This document shows, in pieces, positions 10,028 to 24,326 of a stretch of 64,000 bases of DNA. The DNA lies in assembly GCF_009914755.1 (NCBI RefSeq), contig NC_060943.1; one strand, 5' to 3'. Position numbers and translations under genes: made by a program. How positions within the stretch are numbered: the stretch's first letter is position 1; the number at the start of each line of letters is the position of its first letter. The notes under the pieces were generated by a model, which did not search any database, was not told the origin of the DNA, and saw only the letters and a program-made list of their open reading frames with translations. Source of the stretch: the human T2T-CHM13v2.0 reference genome, Homo sapiens.

Positions 10028-11896
10028 TCATCAGGGGCACAGCGTGCACTGTGGGGTCCCAGGCCTCCCGAGCCGAGCCACCCGTCACCCCCTGGCTCCT
10101 GGCCTATGTGCTGTACCTGTGTCTGATGCCCTGGGTCCCCACTAAGCCAGGCCGGGCCTCCCGCCCACACCCCTCGGCCCTGCCCTCTGGCCATACAGGT
10201 TCTCGGTGGTGTTGAAGAGCAGCAAGGAGCTGACAGAGCTGATGTTGCTGGGAAGACCCCCAAGTCCCTCTTCTGCATCGTCCTCGGGCTCCGGCTTGGT
10301 GCTCACGCACACAGGAAAGTCCTTCAGCTTCTCCTGAGAGGGCCAGGATGGCCAAGGGATGGTGAATATTTGGTGCTGGGCCTAATCAGCTGCCATCCCA
10401 TCCCAGTCAGCCTCCTCTGGGGGACAGAACCCTATGGTGGCCCCGGCTCCTCCCCAGTATCCAGTCCTCCTGGTGTGTGACAGGCTATATGCGCGGCCAG
10501 CAGACCTGCAGGGCCCGCTCGTCCAGGGGGCGGTGCTTGCTCTGGATCCTGTGGCGGGGGCGTCTCTGCAGGCCAGGGTCCTGGGCGCCCGTGAAGATGG
10601 AGCCATATTCCTGCAGGCGCCCTGGAGCAGGGTACTTGGCACTGGAGAACACCTGTGGACACAGGGACAAGTCTGAGGGGGCCCCAAGAGGCTCAGAGGG
10701 CTAGGATTGCTTGGCAGGAGAGGGTGGAGTTGGAAGCCTGGGCAAGAAGAAAGCTCAAGGTACAGGTGGGCAGCAGGGCAGAGACTGGGCAGCCTCAGAG
10801 GCACGGGGAAATGGAGGGACTGCCCAGTAGCCTCAGGACACAGGGGTATGGGGACTACCTTGATGGCCTTCTTGCTGCCCTTGATCTTCTCAATCTTGGC
10901 CTGGGCCAAGGAGACCTTCTCTCCAATGGCCTGCACCTGGCTCCGGCTCTGCTCTACCTGCTGGGAGATCCTGCCATGGAGAAGATCACAGAGGCTGGGC
11001 TGCTCCCCACCCTCTGCACACCTCCTGCTTCTAACAGCAGAGCTGCCAGGCCAGGCCCTCAGGCAAGGGCTCTGAAGTCAGGGTCACCTACTTGCCAGGG
11101 CCGATCTTGGTGCCATCCAGGGGGCCTCTACAAGGATAATCTGACCTGCAGGGTCGAGGAGTTGACGGTGCTGAGTTCCCTGCACTCTCAGTAGGGACAG
11201 GCCCTATGCTGCCACCTGTACATGCTATCTGAAGGACAGCCTCCAGGGCACACAGAGGATGGTATTTACACATGCACACATGGCTACTGATGGGGCAAGC
11301 ACTTCACAACCCCTCATGATCACGTGCAGCAGACAATGTGGCCTCTGCAGAGGGGGAACGGAGACCGGAGGCTGAGACTGGCAAGGCTGGACCTGAGTGT
11401 CGTCACCTAAATTCAGACGGGGAACTGCCCCTGCACATAGTGAACGGCTCACTGAGCAAACCCCGAGTCCCGACCACCGCCTCAGTGTGGTCTAGCTCCT
11501 CACCTGCTTCCATCCTCCCTGGTGCGGGGTGGGCCCAGTGATATCAGCTGCCTGCTGTTCCCCAGATGTGCCAAGTGCATTCTTGTGTGCTTGCATCTCA
11601 TGGAACGCCATTTCCCCAGACATCCCTGTGGCTGGCTCCTGATGCCCGAGGCCCAAGTGTCTGATGCTTTAAGGCACATCACCCCACTCATGCTTTTCCA
11701 TGTTCTTTGGCCGCAGCAAGGCCGCTCTCACTGCAAAGTTAACTCTGATGCGTGTGTAACACAACATCCTCCTCCCAGTCGCCCCTGTAGCTCCCCTACC
11801 TCCAAGAGCCCAGCCCTTGCCCACAGGGCCACACTCCACGTGCAGAGCAGCCTCAGCACTCACCGGGCACGAGCGAGCCTGTGTGGTGCGCAGGGA

Positions 11897-12034
11897 TGAG
11901 AAGGCAGAGGCGCGACTGGGGTTCATGAGGAAGGGCAGGAGGAGGGTGTGGGATGGTGGAGGGGTTTGAGAAGGCAGAGGCGCGACTGGGGTTCATGAGG
12001 AAAGGGAGGGGGAGGATGTGGGATGGTGGAGGGG
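11897..12034. repeat. Two-copy direct repeat, period about 70 bp
   Basis: TGAGAAGGCAGAGGCGCGACTGGGGTTCATGAGG at 11897 and 11967. Confidence 0.85.
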
Positions 12035-12629
12035 CTGCAGACTCTGGGCTAGGGAAAGCTGGGATGTCTCTAAAGGTTGGAATGAATGGCCTAGAATCCG
12101 ACCCAATAAGCCAAAGCCACTTCCACCAACGTTAGAAGGCCTTGGCCCCCAGAGAGCCAATTTCACAATCCAGAAGTCCCCGTGCCCTAAAGGGTCTGCC
12201 CTGATTACTCCTGGCTCCTTGTGTGCAGGGGGCTCAGGCATGGCAGGGCTGGGAGTACCAGCAGGCACTCAAGCGGCTTAAGTGTTCCATGACAGACTGG
12301 TATGAAGGTGGCCACAATTCAGAAAGAAAAAAGAAGAGCACCATCTCCTTCCAGTGAGGAAGCGGGGCCACCACCCAGCGTGTGCTCCATCTTTTCTGGC
12401 TGGGGAGAGGCCTTCATCTGCTGTAAAGGGTCCTCCAGCACAAGCTGTCTTAATTGACCCTAGTTCCCAGGGCAGCCTCGTTCTGCCTTGGGTGCTGACA
12501 CGACCTTCGGTAGGTGCATAAGCTCTGCATTCGAGGTCCACAGGGGCAGTGGGAGGGAACTGAGACTGGGGAGGGACAAAGGCTGCTCTGTCCTGGTGCT
12601 CCCACAAAGGAGAAGGGCTGATCACTCAA

Positions 12630-13000
12630 AGTTGCGAACACCAAGCTCAACAATGAGCCCTGGAAAATTTCTGGAATGGATTATTAAACAGAGAGTCTGT
12701 AAGCACTTAGAAAAGGCCGCGGTGAGTCCCAGGGGCCAGCACTGCTCGAAATGTACAGCATTTCTCTTTGTAACAGGATTATTAGCCTGCTGTGCCCGGG
12801 GAAAACATGCAGCACAGCGCATCTCGAGTCAGCAGGATTTTGACGGCTTCTAACAAAATCTTGTAGACAAGATGGAGCTATGGGGGTTGGAGGAGAGAAC
12901 ATATAGGAAAAATCAGAGCCAAATGAACCACAGCCCCAAAGGGCACAGTTGAACAATGGACTGATTCCAGCCTTGCACGGAGGGATCTGGCAGAGTCCAT
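12630..13000 (+). mobile_element. Ancient CR1/L3 LINE reverse-transcriptase fragment
   Basis: Translation PGKFLEWIIKQRVCKHLEK resembles the CR1 RT motif PGKILEQIIK..ICEHLE; heavily degenerate, boundaries approximate. Confidence 0.55.
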
Positions 13001-16000
13001 CCAGTTCATTCAACACCTGGTTAGAAAACTGGGGCCAGCACACAGGGGAAGGGTAAGCTGGTTTCATGATCGAATCAAGGCTCAGACAATTTTTAAAGGC
13101 CAGAGGGTAGACTGCAATCACCAAGATGAAATTTACAAGGAACAAATGTGAAGCCCAACATTTAGGTTTTAAAAATCAAGCGTATAAATACAGAAGGTGG
13201 AGGGAACTTGCTTTAGACACAGTTCAGGTGAAGAAAGACCTGGAAACTTCTGTTAACTATAAGCTCAGTAGGGGCTAAAAGCATGTTAATCGGCATAAAA
13301 AGGCAATGAGATCTTAGGGCACACAGCTCCCCGCCCCTCTTCTGCCCTTCATCCTTCTTTCAATCAGCAGGGACCGTGCACTCTCTTGGAGCCACCACAG
13401 AAAACAGAGGTGCATCCAGCACCACAGAAAACAGAGCCACCACAGAAAACAGAGGGTGACTGTCATCCCCTCCAGTCTCTGCACACTCCCAGCTGCAGCA
13501 GAGCAGGAGGAGAGAGCACAGCCTGCAATGCTAATTTGCCAGGAGCTCACCTGCCTGCGTCACTGGGCACAGACGCCAGTGAGGCCAGAGGCCGGGCTGT
13601 GCTGGGGCCTGAGCTGGGTGGTGGGGAGAGAGTCTCTCCCCTGCCCCTGTCTCTTCCGTGCAGGAGGAGCATGTTTAAGGGGACGGGTTCAAAGCTGGTC
13701 ACATCCCCACCGAAAAAGCCCATGGACAACGAAAAGCCCACTAGCTTGTCCAGTGCCACAGGAGGGGCAAGTGGAGGAGGAGAGGTGGCGGTGCTCCCCA
13801 CTCCACTGCCAGTCGTCACTGGCTCTCCCTTCCCTTCATCCTCGTTCCCTATCTGTCACCATTTCCTGTCGTCGTTTCCTCTGAATGTCTCACCCTGCCC
13901 TCCCTGCTTGCAAGTCCCCTGTCTGTAGCCTCACCCCTGTCGTATCCTGACTACAATAACAGCTTCTGGGTGTCCCTGGCATCCACTCTCTCTCCCTTCT
14001 TGTCCCTTCCGTGACGGATGCCTGAGGAACCTTCCCCAAACTCTTCTGTCCCATCCCTGCCCTGCTCAAAATCCAATCACAGCTCCCTAACACGCCTGAA
14101 TCAACTTGAAGTCCTGTCTTGAGTAATCCGTGGGCCCTAACTCACTCATCCCAACTCTTCACTCACTGCCTTGCCCCACACCCTGCCAGGGAGCCTCCCG
14201 TGGCACCGTGGGGACACAAAGGAACCAGGGCAAAGCTCCCTCAGCCCCATTCAAAGAGGCCTGGCCCACAGGCTCACGGAAAGTCAGCCTCTCATGCCCC
14301 AAGAGCTGAGTGCAAGGGAGAGGCAGCGCTGTCTGTGCTTCCCATGCAGAAGCACCCCCCTCCCACCCCTGTGCAGGCCGGCCTTCGCGGCAGACCACCA
14401 TACACCACGTTCCAAGCCACACTGAGGCCTCCCTCCAAGCCTGCAGCCCCCATTTCCAGACCCTGCCAGGGCAACCTGCATATCCACCTCCCTACCCTGC
14501 CCCCCTCTTCCAGGAGTCTGCCCTATGTGGAGTAAGCACGTGGTTTTCCTCTTCAGCAACTATTTCCTTTTTACTCAAGCAATGGCCCCATTTCCCTTGG
14601 GGAATCCATCTCTCTCGCAGGCTTAGTCCCAGAGCTTCAGGTGGGGCTGCCCACAGAGCTCCTCAGTCTAAGCCAAGTGGTGTGTCATAGTCCCCTGGCC
14701 CCATTAATGGATTCTGGGATAGACATGAGGACCAAGCCAGGTGGGATGGGTGAGTGTGGCTTCTGGAGGAAGTGGGGACACAGGACAGCATTCTTTCCTG
14801 CTGGACCTGACCCTGTGTCATGTCACCTTGCTACCACGAGAGCATGGCCTGTCTGGGAATGCAGCCAGACCCAAAGAAGCAAACTGACATGGAAGGAAAG
14901 CAAAACCAGGCCCTGAGGACATCATTTTAGCCCTTACTCCGAAGGCTGCTCTACTGATTGGTTAATTTTTGCTTAGCTTGGTCTGGGGAGTTCTGACAGG
15001 CGTGCCACCAATTCTTACCGATTTCTCTCCACTCTAGACCCTGAGAAGCCCACGCGGTTCATGCTAGCAATTAACAATCAATCTCGCCCTATGTGTTCCC
15101 ATTCCAGCCTCTAGGACACAGTGGCAGCCACATAATTGGTATCTCTTAAGGTCCAGCACGAGGTGGAGCACATGGTGGAGAGACAGATGCAGTGACCTGG
15201 AACCCAGGAGTGAGGGAGCCAGGACTCAGGCCCAAGGCTCCTGAGAGGCATCTGGCCCTCCCTGCACTGTGCCAGCAGCTTGGAGAACCCACACTCAATG
15301 AACGCAGCACTCCACTACCCAGGAAATGCCTTCCTGCCCTCTCCTCATCCCATCCCTGGGCAGGGGACATGCAACTGTCTACAAGGTGCCAAGTACCAGG
15401 ACAGGAAAGGAAAGACGCCAAAAATCCAGCGCTGCCCTCAGAGAAGGGCAACCACGCAGTCCCCATCTTGGCAAGGAAACACAATTTCCGAGGGAATGGT
15501 TTTGGCCTCCATTCTAAGTGCTGGACATGGGGTGGCCATAATCTGGAGCTGATGGCTCTTAAAGACCTGCATCCTCTTCCCTAGGTGTCCCTCGGGCACA
15601 TTTAGCACAAAGATAAGCACAAAAGGTGCATCCAGCACTTTGTTACTATTGGTGGCAGGTTTATGAATGGCAACCAAAGGCAGTGTACGGGTCAAGATTA
15701 TCAACAGGGAAGAGATAGCATTTCCTGAAGGCTTCCTAGGTGCCAGGCACTGTTCCATTCCTTTGCATGTTTTGATTAATTTAATATTTAAAATAATTCT
15801 ACCAGGAAGCTACCATTATTACCACAACTTCACAAATGAGAACACCGAGGCTTAGAGGGGTTGGGTTGCCCAAGGTTACAGAGGAAGAAAACAGGGGAGC
15901 TGGATCTGAGCCAAGGCATCAACTCCAAGGTAACCCCTCAGTCACTTCACTGTGTGTCCCCTGGTTACTGGGACATTCTTGACAAACTCGGGGCAAGCCG

Positions 16001-19000
16001 GTGAGTCAGTGGGGGAGGACTTTCAGGAAGAGGTGGGTTCCCAGTTGGTGACAGAAGAGGAGGCTGCAAAGTGAAGGAGCAGGGGCTCCAGGTCTGGCGA
16101 CAACCAGGGAAGGGACAGGGCAGGGATGGCTTGGACCACGAGAGGCACCTGAGTCAGGCAGTCACATACTTCCCACTGGGGTCTACCATGTGAGACATGG
16201 TGTGGGATCCTGGGAAGGAGACCAAGCCTCATTTCAGTTTGCTTATGGCCAAAGACAGGACCTGTGTACCCGACAACCCCTGGGACCTTTACCAAAAAAA
16301 CAGCAAACACCATTCACTCACTCATGTTAGATAAACACTGAGTGAAGTCACTGGAGCCCAAGGACTGTGCGAGGTCAGCACTGCCAATACAAGAAGCTGC
16401 AGCCCTCCAGCTCGCCTCCCTCAATGGCCACTCCGTGCTCCAGCCATGCTGGCTTCCTTTTAGGTCCTCCACCTCCAGGCTGTAGTTCATGTGCTTCTTT
16501 CTGGAATGTTCTTCCCAACCTACCCACTCAACCCTCAGACTTTACCATAAATGTCATTTCCTCACATCTGCCTTCCCTGACCTGAGACCAAGCCAGGCTT
16601 CCCATGACGAGCCTCACAGTACCCCATCTCCCCTGAACAGATGCAGTAATAACCTACATAATCCGGGGCCATGATCTATGGCTTTGAATCCTGGCTCTGT
16701 CACTAGGCCAGGTCTCTCAGCCCTTCTGTGCCTCAGTTTCCTCATCTATAAAATGAGATGACGGCAGTGCCTGCTCATGAAGTGTGAGTTAATGCACTCA
16801 AATCAATGGTTGTGCACGGTTTATATGAATATTAGTGATTACAAAATATTATCAATAGACCTTGTCACAACTGTTATTGAAGAACTAATCATCTATTGCT
16901 TATTTAGGTCTTTCTCTCCTGCCAGAATGTGCGCTCCAGGTGGAGAGGTATGTTGCCTTATCCGTGGCTGGATATATAGAGATTCCCACACTGCCTTGCA
17001 CACGAGCACTGCTGGGTAAATATTTGTTGGCTGCAGGAAAACGTGAAGGAATAGGCCCTCCAATGGGAGGAAAAGCATGAGTTGTGAGAGCAGAGCCACC
17101 ACAGGAAACCAGGAGGCTAAGTGGGGTGGAAGGGAGTGAGCTCTCGGACTCCCAGGAGTAAAAGCTTCCAAGTTGGGCTCTCACTTCAGCCCCTCCCACA
17201 CAGGGAAGCCAGATGGGTTCCCCAGGACCGGGATTCCCCAAGGGGGCTGCTCCCAGAGGGTGTGTTGCTGGGATTGCCCAGGACAGGGATGGCCCTCTCA
17301 TCAGGTGGGGGTGAGTGGCAGCACCCACCTGCTGAAGATGTCTCCAGAGACCTTCTGCAGGTACTGCAGGGCATCCGCCATCTGCTGGACGGCCTCCTCT
17401 CGCCGCAGGTCTGGCTGGATGAAGGGCACGGCATAGGTCTGACCTGCCAGGGAGTGCTGCATCCTCACAGGAGTCATGGTGCCTGTGGGTCGGAGCCGGA
17501 GCGTCAGAGCCACCCACGACCACCGGCACGCCCCCACCACAGGGCAGCGTGGTGTTGAGACAACACAGCCCTCATCCCAACTATGCACATAGCTTCAGCC
17601 TGCACAGATAGGGGAGTAGGGGACAGAGCATTTGCTGAGAGGCCAGGAGCGCATAGATGGGACTCTGCTGATGCCTGCTGAGTGAATGAGGGAAAGGGCA
17701 GGGCCCGGGACTGGGGAATCTGTAGGGTCAATGGAGGAGTTCAGAGAAGGTGCAACATTTCTGACCCCCTACAAGGTGCTTGCTACCTGCCAGGCACCCT
17801 TTCCATACCTTGTCTCAGTTCAGCTCCCCACCTTGGATAAACAAGAAACCTTGGTTGCAGAGGAAAAAAGAGGCTGGAAACAAAGGGGTAGAAATGGGGT
17901 AGCAGGGGAGATTGCCTGATCAACTGCCAAATGGTACACAGTTCTGGAAAAGCACAAAAAATGTGCACACACGGGTTCTTCCCACTTTAACCCCTGAGGA
18001 ATCTGAGGCCTGCTCCTGAAACAGACTGGGCAGTGGCTAGTGACTCTAGGTATAGGAGTATCCAGCCCTGCTCACCCAGGCTAGAGCTTAGGGGGACAAG
18101 AGGAAAGAGGTGCCTGTGGGGGTGGAAGACAGGAAGGAAAAACACTCCTGGAATTGCAAAGTGAGGGCAGAGTCTATTTATATTGGGTTTAATTAACTCC
18201 TCTCCCTGGTGCCACTAAAGCAGCAATCACACTGCAGACAGCACTGATTTGATTGGCAAGAGATGCACCAGGCAGAATATTAAGGGACCAGGCCCCTATA
18301 AATAGGCCTAATCACAGCCCCTCACTGGAAAATGGTAAGGAAGACATTAATCAGGCCTGGCACTGTGCCCTAGACCTGCTCCCCTAGGCACTACAGTGGG
18401 GCCCTTGGTTGCAACACAAGTAGGTAGGGATGGATGAGTGTGGCATGAAGGGCCTAGGAGATTTCACTTGGGTTTAAAATGCTGTGACCTTGAGTAAGTT
18501 GCCGTCTCTGAATCTGATCCTTTCGATTTCCCATTCTCCAAACTGAGAACTAGCACTGCTGAGACGTGGTTATTTCCAATAATAATTTGTATATTTTACA
18601 TAACGCACCACACCAACATCTTCACCCAGTTGGAGCCTACTCCTTTGCTCCCGCTGCTGGCTTCCCCAGCCCTCCCTTCTGCCCTCCTCAGGCCAGCACT
18701 TTTCAGTGAGTTCCTCCTTTGCATACAGGCTTTCCAGATCTGTACTTGCCTTGAATACTCATCAGAGCCCAGGAGTTACTCCACACCTCCCACTTATTTT
18801 TCCTCCCATCAAATAACTAAAGCATGGCCAGCTGATGCCCAGCCAACTGAGAAACCCAACCCTCTGAGACCAGCACACCCCTTTCAAGCATGTTCCTCCC
18901 TCCCCTTCTTTGTATTTATACTGATGCAAGTTTGCTGGCTGTCCTAACTTATTTCTGTGCCTCAGTTCTCCCATATGTAAGATCACAAAGGGGGTAAAGA

Positions 19001-19381
19001 TGCAAGATATTTCCTGTGCACATCTTCAGATGAATTTCTTGTTAGTGTGTGTGTGTTTGCTCACACATATGCGTGAAAGAAGAGTACATACACAGATCTC
19101 CTCAAAAAGGAGGCAGCAAGCCCGTTCAAGAATGGGACTGAATACACCTGATGAGTGGTTTACTTTCTGTCTGCAAACATCTACTGATCATCTGTTAGGT
19201 GCAGGCCATGATCACAACAAAGACGAATAAGACACTACACTAGCCAGGGAGAGTCTCAAAAACAACTAAACTCAAATTAAATTCATTCTACTCCAGTCAT
19301 GGGTACAAAGCTAAGGAGTGACAAATCCCTCTTGGAGTTAGGGGAGTCAGGAAAAAGCTCTTAGCAGAATGTGTGCCTCTC

Positions 19382-19820
<439 letters not shown>

Positions 19821-19870
19821 TCAAAATTAAAGCTAGGAGTTTGGACTTGTGGCAGGAATGAAATCCTTAG

Positions 19871-20110
19871 ACCTGTGCTGTCCAATATGGTAGCCACCAG
19901 GCACATGCAGCCACTGAGCACTTGAAATGTGGATAGTCTGAATTGAGATGTGCCATAAGTGTAAAATATGCACCAAATTTCAAAGGCTAGAAAAAAAGAA
20001 TGTAAAATATCTTATTATTTTATATTGATTACATGCTAAAATAACCATATTTGGGATATACTGGATTTTAAAAATATATCACTAATTTCATCTGTTTCTT
20101 TTTACTTTTA
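19871..20110. mobile_element. hAT-Charlie MITE (MER33-like)
   Basis: CTGTGCTGTCCAATATGGTAGCCACC...CACTTGAAATGTGG..CTGAATTGAGATGTGC matches a MER33/MER3-type terminus. Confidence 0.6.
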
Positions 20111-21329
20111 GAAATCACATATGTGACTTAAATATTTCTTTTCTTTTTCTTTCCTCTCACTCAGCGTCCTGTGATTCCAAAGAAATGAGTCTCTGCTGTT
20201 TTTGGGCAGCAGATATCCTAGAATGGACTCTGACCTAAGCATCAAAATTAATCATCATAACGTTATCATTTTATGGCCCCTTCTTCCTATATCTGGTAGC
20301 TTTTAAATGATGACCATGTAGATAATCTTTATTGTCCCTCTTTCAGCAGACGGTATTTTCTTATGCTACAGTATGACTGCTAATAATACCTACACATGTT
20401 AGAACCATTCTGACTCCTCAAGAATCTCATTTAACTCTTATTATCAGTGAATTTATCATCATCCCCAATTTTACATAAGGAAATGGGGTTAGAAAGACCA
20501 AATAACATTTTTTCAACATCAAAACACTAGCTTGAGATCAAGCCCAGACTTGGATCTGTTGTCTGAATTCCAAGCTTTTTGTTATTTATTGATATGTTTT
20601 GTTGTTTTCATGCAATAATGCAAATCTTAGCCCAAACATTTTGTTAGTAGTACCAACTGTAAGTCACCTTATCTTCATACTTTGTCTTTATGTAAACCTA
20701 AATTAGATCTGTTTTTGATACTGAGGGAAAAACAAGGGAATCTAACACTAACCAGCCCGTAGTGTGTGGTCAACACTTTCGTTACTTTTGTATACATCAC
20801 CCCAATTGTTTGTCTTCACCACACACTTTGGAGTTAGGTAGCAGTATCTATTTTTACAAATAAGAAAACCCAGGCACAAAGGGGTTGATTAGCAATTATC
20901 TTTTGAAAAGCCTGTAGTTGCTCATCTGAAGAAGTGACGGACCACCTCTTATTTAGTGGACAGACAATAACTAGTTGAGAAGACAGGGGATTTTGTTGGC
21001 GGAAAAAAAATTTTATCAAAAGTCGTCTTCTATCAGGGAGTTTTATGAGAAACCCTAGCTCCTCAGTTCCACAGTGGGTAACTGTAATTCATTCTAGGTC
21101 TGCGATATTTCCTGCCTATCCATTTTGTTAACTCTTCAATGCATTCCACAAATGCCTAAGTATTCTTTAATAATGGTGGTTTGGTTTTTTTTTTTTTGCA
21201 TCTATGAAGTTTTTTCAAATTCTTTTTAAGTGACAAAACTTGTACATGTGTATCGCACAATATTTCTAGTCGACAACACTGCTTTACAGAATGTAAACCG
21301 TGCACTCCCAGGAAAATGCAGACACAGCA

Positions 21330-22400
21330 CGCCTCTTTGGGACCGCGGTTTATACTTTCGAAGTGCTCGGAGCCCTTCCTCCAGACCGTTCTCCCACACC
21401 CCGCTCCAAGGTCTCTCCCGGAGTTACAGGCCTCGCTGTAGGCCCCGGGAACCCAACGCGGTGTCAGAAAAGTGGGGTCCCCTACGAGGGACCAGGAGCT
21501 CCGGGCGGGCAGCAGCTGCGGAAGAGCCGCGCGAGGCTTCCCAGAACCCGGCCGGGGCGGGAAGACGCAGGAGTGGGGAGGCGGAACCGGGACCCCGCAG
21601 AGCCCGGGTCCCTGCGCCCCACAAGCCTTGGCTTCCCTGCTAGGGCCGGGCAAGGCCGGGTGCAGGGCGCGGCTCCAGGGAGGAAGCTCCGGGGCGAGCC
21701 CAAGACGCCTCCCGGGCGGTCGGGGCCCAGCCGCGGCGTTCGCAGTGGAGCCGGGCACCGGGCAGCGGCCGCGGAACACCAGCTTGGCGCAGGCTTCTCG
21801 GTCAGGAACGGTCCCGGGCCTCCCGCCCGCCTCCCTCCAGCCCCTCCGGGTCCCCTACTTCGCCCCGCCAGGCCCCCACGACCCTACTTCCCGCGGCCCC
21901 GGACGCCTCCTCACCTGCGAGCCGCCCTCCCGGAAGCTCCCGCCGCCGCTTCCGCTCTGCCGGAGCCGCTGGGTCCTAGCCCCGCCGCCCACAGTCCGCC
22001 CGCGCCTCCGGGTCCTAACGCCGCCGCTCGCCCTCCGCTGCGCCCTCCCCGAGCGCGGCTCCAGGACCCCGTCGACCCGGAGCGCTGTCCTGGTGGACCG
22101 AGTCGCGGGCCTGGGCACGGAACTCACGCTCACTCCGAGCTCCCGACGTGCACACGGCTCCCATGCGTTGTCTTCCGAGCGTCAGGCCGCCCCTACCCGT
22201 GCTTTCTGCTCTGCAGACCCTCTTCCCAGACCTCCGTCCTTTGTCCCATCCCTGCCTTCCCCTCAAGCTCAGGGCCAAGCTGTCCGCCAGCCTCGGCTCC
22301 TCCGGGCAGCCCTCGCCCTGGGTGCGCCCCGGGGCAGGACCCCCAGCCCAGGTCCAGGGCCCGCCCCTGCCCTCCAGCCCTACACCTTGCCCCGCTTTCC
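21330..22400. promoter_or_regulatory. CpG island; bidirectional promoter for WASH (-) and the MIR1302 host transcript (+)
   Basis: Very high GC and CpG density. Contains the WASH exon-1 donor (21915), ETS-like CCGGAAG near 21930 and GC boxes. Confidence 0.9.
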
Positions 22401-22494
22401 TGCATCTCTCAGCCTACCTGACCTTGTCTTTACCTCTGTGGGCAGCTCCCTTGTGATCTGCTTAGTTCCCACCCGCCTTTAAGAATTAAATAGA

Positions 22495-22795
22495 GAAGCC
22501 AGACGCAAAACTACAGATATCGTATGAGTCCAGTTTTGTGAAGTGCCTAGAATAGTCAAAATTCACAGAGACAGAAGCAGTGGTCGCCAGGAATGGGGAA
22601 GCAAGGCGGAGTTGGGCAGCTCGTGTTCAATGGGTAGAGTTTCAGGCTGGGGTGATGGAAGGGTGCTGGAAATGAGTGGTAGTGATGGCGGCACAACAGT
22701 GTGAATCTACTTAATCCCACTGAACTGTATGCTGAAAAATGGTTTAGACGGTGAATTTTAGGTTATGTATGTTTTACCACAATTTTTAAAAAGCT
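22495..22795 (+). mobile_element. L1MB 3' fragment
   Basis: AGAAGCCAGACGCAAAA...CAAAATTCACAGAGACAGAA...ACTTAATCCCACTGAACTGTA...GTTTTACCACAAT is a typical L1MB 3' end. Confidence 0.75.
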
Positions 22796-22959
22796 AGTGA
22801 AAAGCTGGTAAAAAGAAAGAAAAGAGGCTTTTTTAAAAAGTTAAATGTATAAAAAGAGCATCATCAGTCCAAAGTCCAGCAGTTGTCCCTCCTGGAATCC
22901 GTTGGCTTCCCTCCGGCATTTTTGGCCCTTGCCTTTTAGGGTTGCCAGATTAAAATACA

Positions 22960-23097
22960 GGATGCCCAGTTAGTTTGAATTTTAGATAAACAACGAATAA
23001 TTTCGTAGCATAAATATTTCCCAAGCTTAGTTTGGGACATACTTATGCTAAAAAACATTATTGGTTGTTTATCTGAGATTCAAAATTAAGCATTTTA
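22960..23097 (+). ncRNA. MIR1302-11: pre-miR-1302, derived from a palindromic MER53 MITE
   Basis: Long inverted repeat; mature-like TTGGGACATACTTATGCTAAA at 23032-23052; MER53 end AGGGTTGCCAGAT at about 22938. Copy number inferred from context. Confidence 0.88.
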
Positions 23098-23287
23098 TAT
23101 TTTATTTGCTGCCTCTGGCCACCCTACTCTCTTCCTAATACTCTCTCCCTCTCCCAGTTTTGTCCGCCTTCCCTGCCTCCTCTTCTGGGGGAGTTAGATC
23201 GAGTTGTAACAAGAACATGCCACTGTCTCACTGGCTGCAGCGTGTGGTCCCCTTACCAGAGGTAAGGAAGAGATGGATCTCCACTCA

Positions 23288-23456
23288 TGTTGTAGACAGA
23301 ATGTTTATGTCCTCTCCAAATTCTTATGTTGAAACCCTAACCCCTAATGTGATGGTATGTGGAGATGGGCCTTTCGTAGGTAATTACGGTTAGATGAGGT
23401 CATGGGGTGGGGCCCTCATTATAGATCTGGTAAGAAAAGAGAGCATTGTCTCTCTG

Positions 23457-23495
<39 letters not shown>

Positions 23496-23710
23496 ATCTC
23501 ATTTCTCTCTCTCTCTTTCTCTCCTCTGTCTTTTCCCACCAAGTGAGGATGCGAAGAGAACGTGGCTGTCTGCAAACCAGGAAGAGAGCCCTCACCAGGA
23601 ACCCGTCCAGCTGCCACCTTGAACTTGGACTTCCAAGCCTCCAGAACTGTGAGGGATAAATGTATGATTTTAAAGTCGCCCAGTGTGTGGTATTTTGTTT
23701 TGACTAATAC
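23288..23710 (+). mobile_element. MaLR LTR (MLT1A-like) with internal (TC)n at about 23448-23530
   Basis: TGTAGACAGAATGTTTATGTCC..CAAATTCTTATGTTGAAACCCTAACCCC and GCCACCTTGAACTTGGACTTCCAAGCCTCCAGAACTGTGAG motifs. Confidence 0.8.
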
Positions 23711-24003
23711 AACCTGAAAACATTTTCCCCTCACTCCACCTGAGCAATATCTGAGTGGCTTAAGGTACTCAGGACACAACAAAGGAGAAATGTCCCATGC
23801 ACAAGGTGCACCCATGCCTGGGTAAAGCAGCCTGGCACAGAGGGAAGCACACGGGCTCAGGGCTCTGCTATTCATTCTTTGTGTGACCCTGGGCAAGCCA
23901 TGAATGGAGCTTCAGTCACCCCATTTGTAATGGGATTTAATTGTGCTTGCCCTGCCTCCTTTTGAGGGCTGTAGAGAAAAGATGTCAAAGTATTTTGTAA
24001 TCT

Positions 24004-24326
<323 letters not shown>

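Larger units (their letters stand above)
22148..23670 (+). ncRNA. MIR1302 host lncRNA paralog, divergent from WASH
   Basis: Exon-like segments 22148-22633, 23158-23261 and 23544-about 23670 have GT/AG boundaries and match the MIR1302-2HG structure as I recall it. Confidence 0.6.

Noticed and set aside
13390-13455. Three copies of CACCACAGAAAACAGAG and the 180-aa ORF across them
   Set aside because: Small intronic slippage repeat; the ORF is antisense to WASH and has no recognisable domain.
21156-22482. 373-aa, 336-aa and 207-aa ORFs
   Set aside because: Low-complexity Pro/Arg/Gly frames expected in a CpG island; open on both strands.
23334-23347. Internal telomere-like ACCCTAACCCCTAA
   Set aside because: Only two units, and part of the MLT1A LTR sequence.
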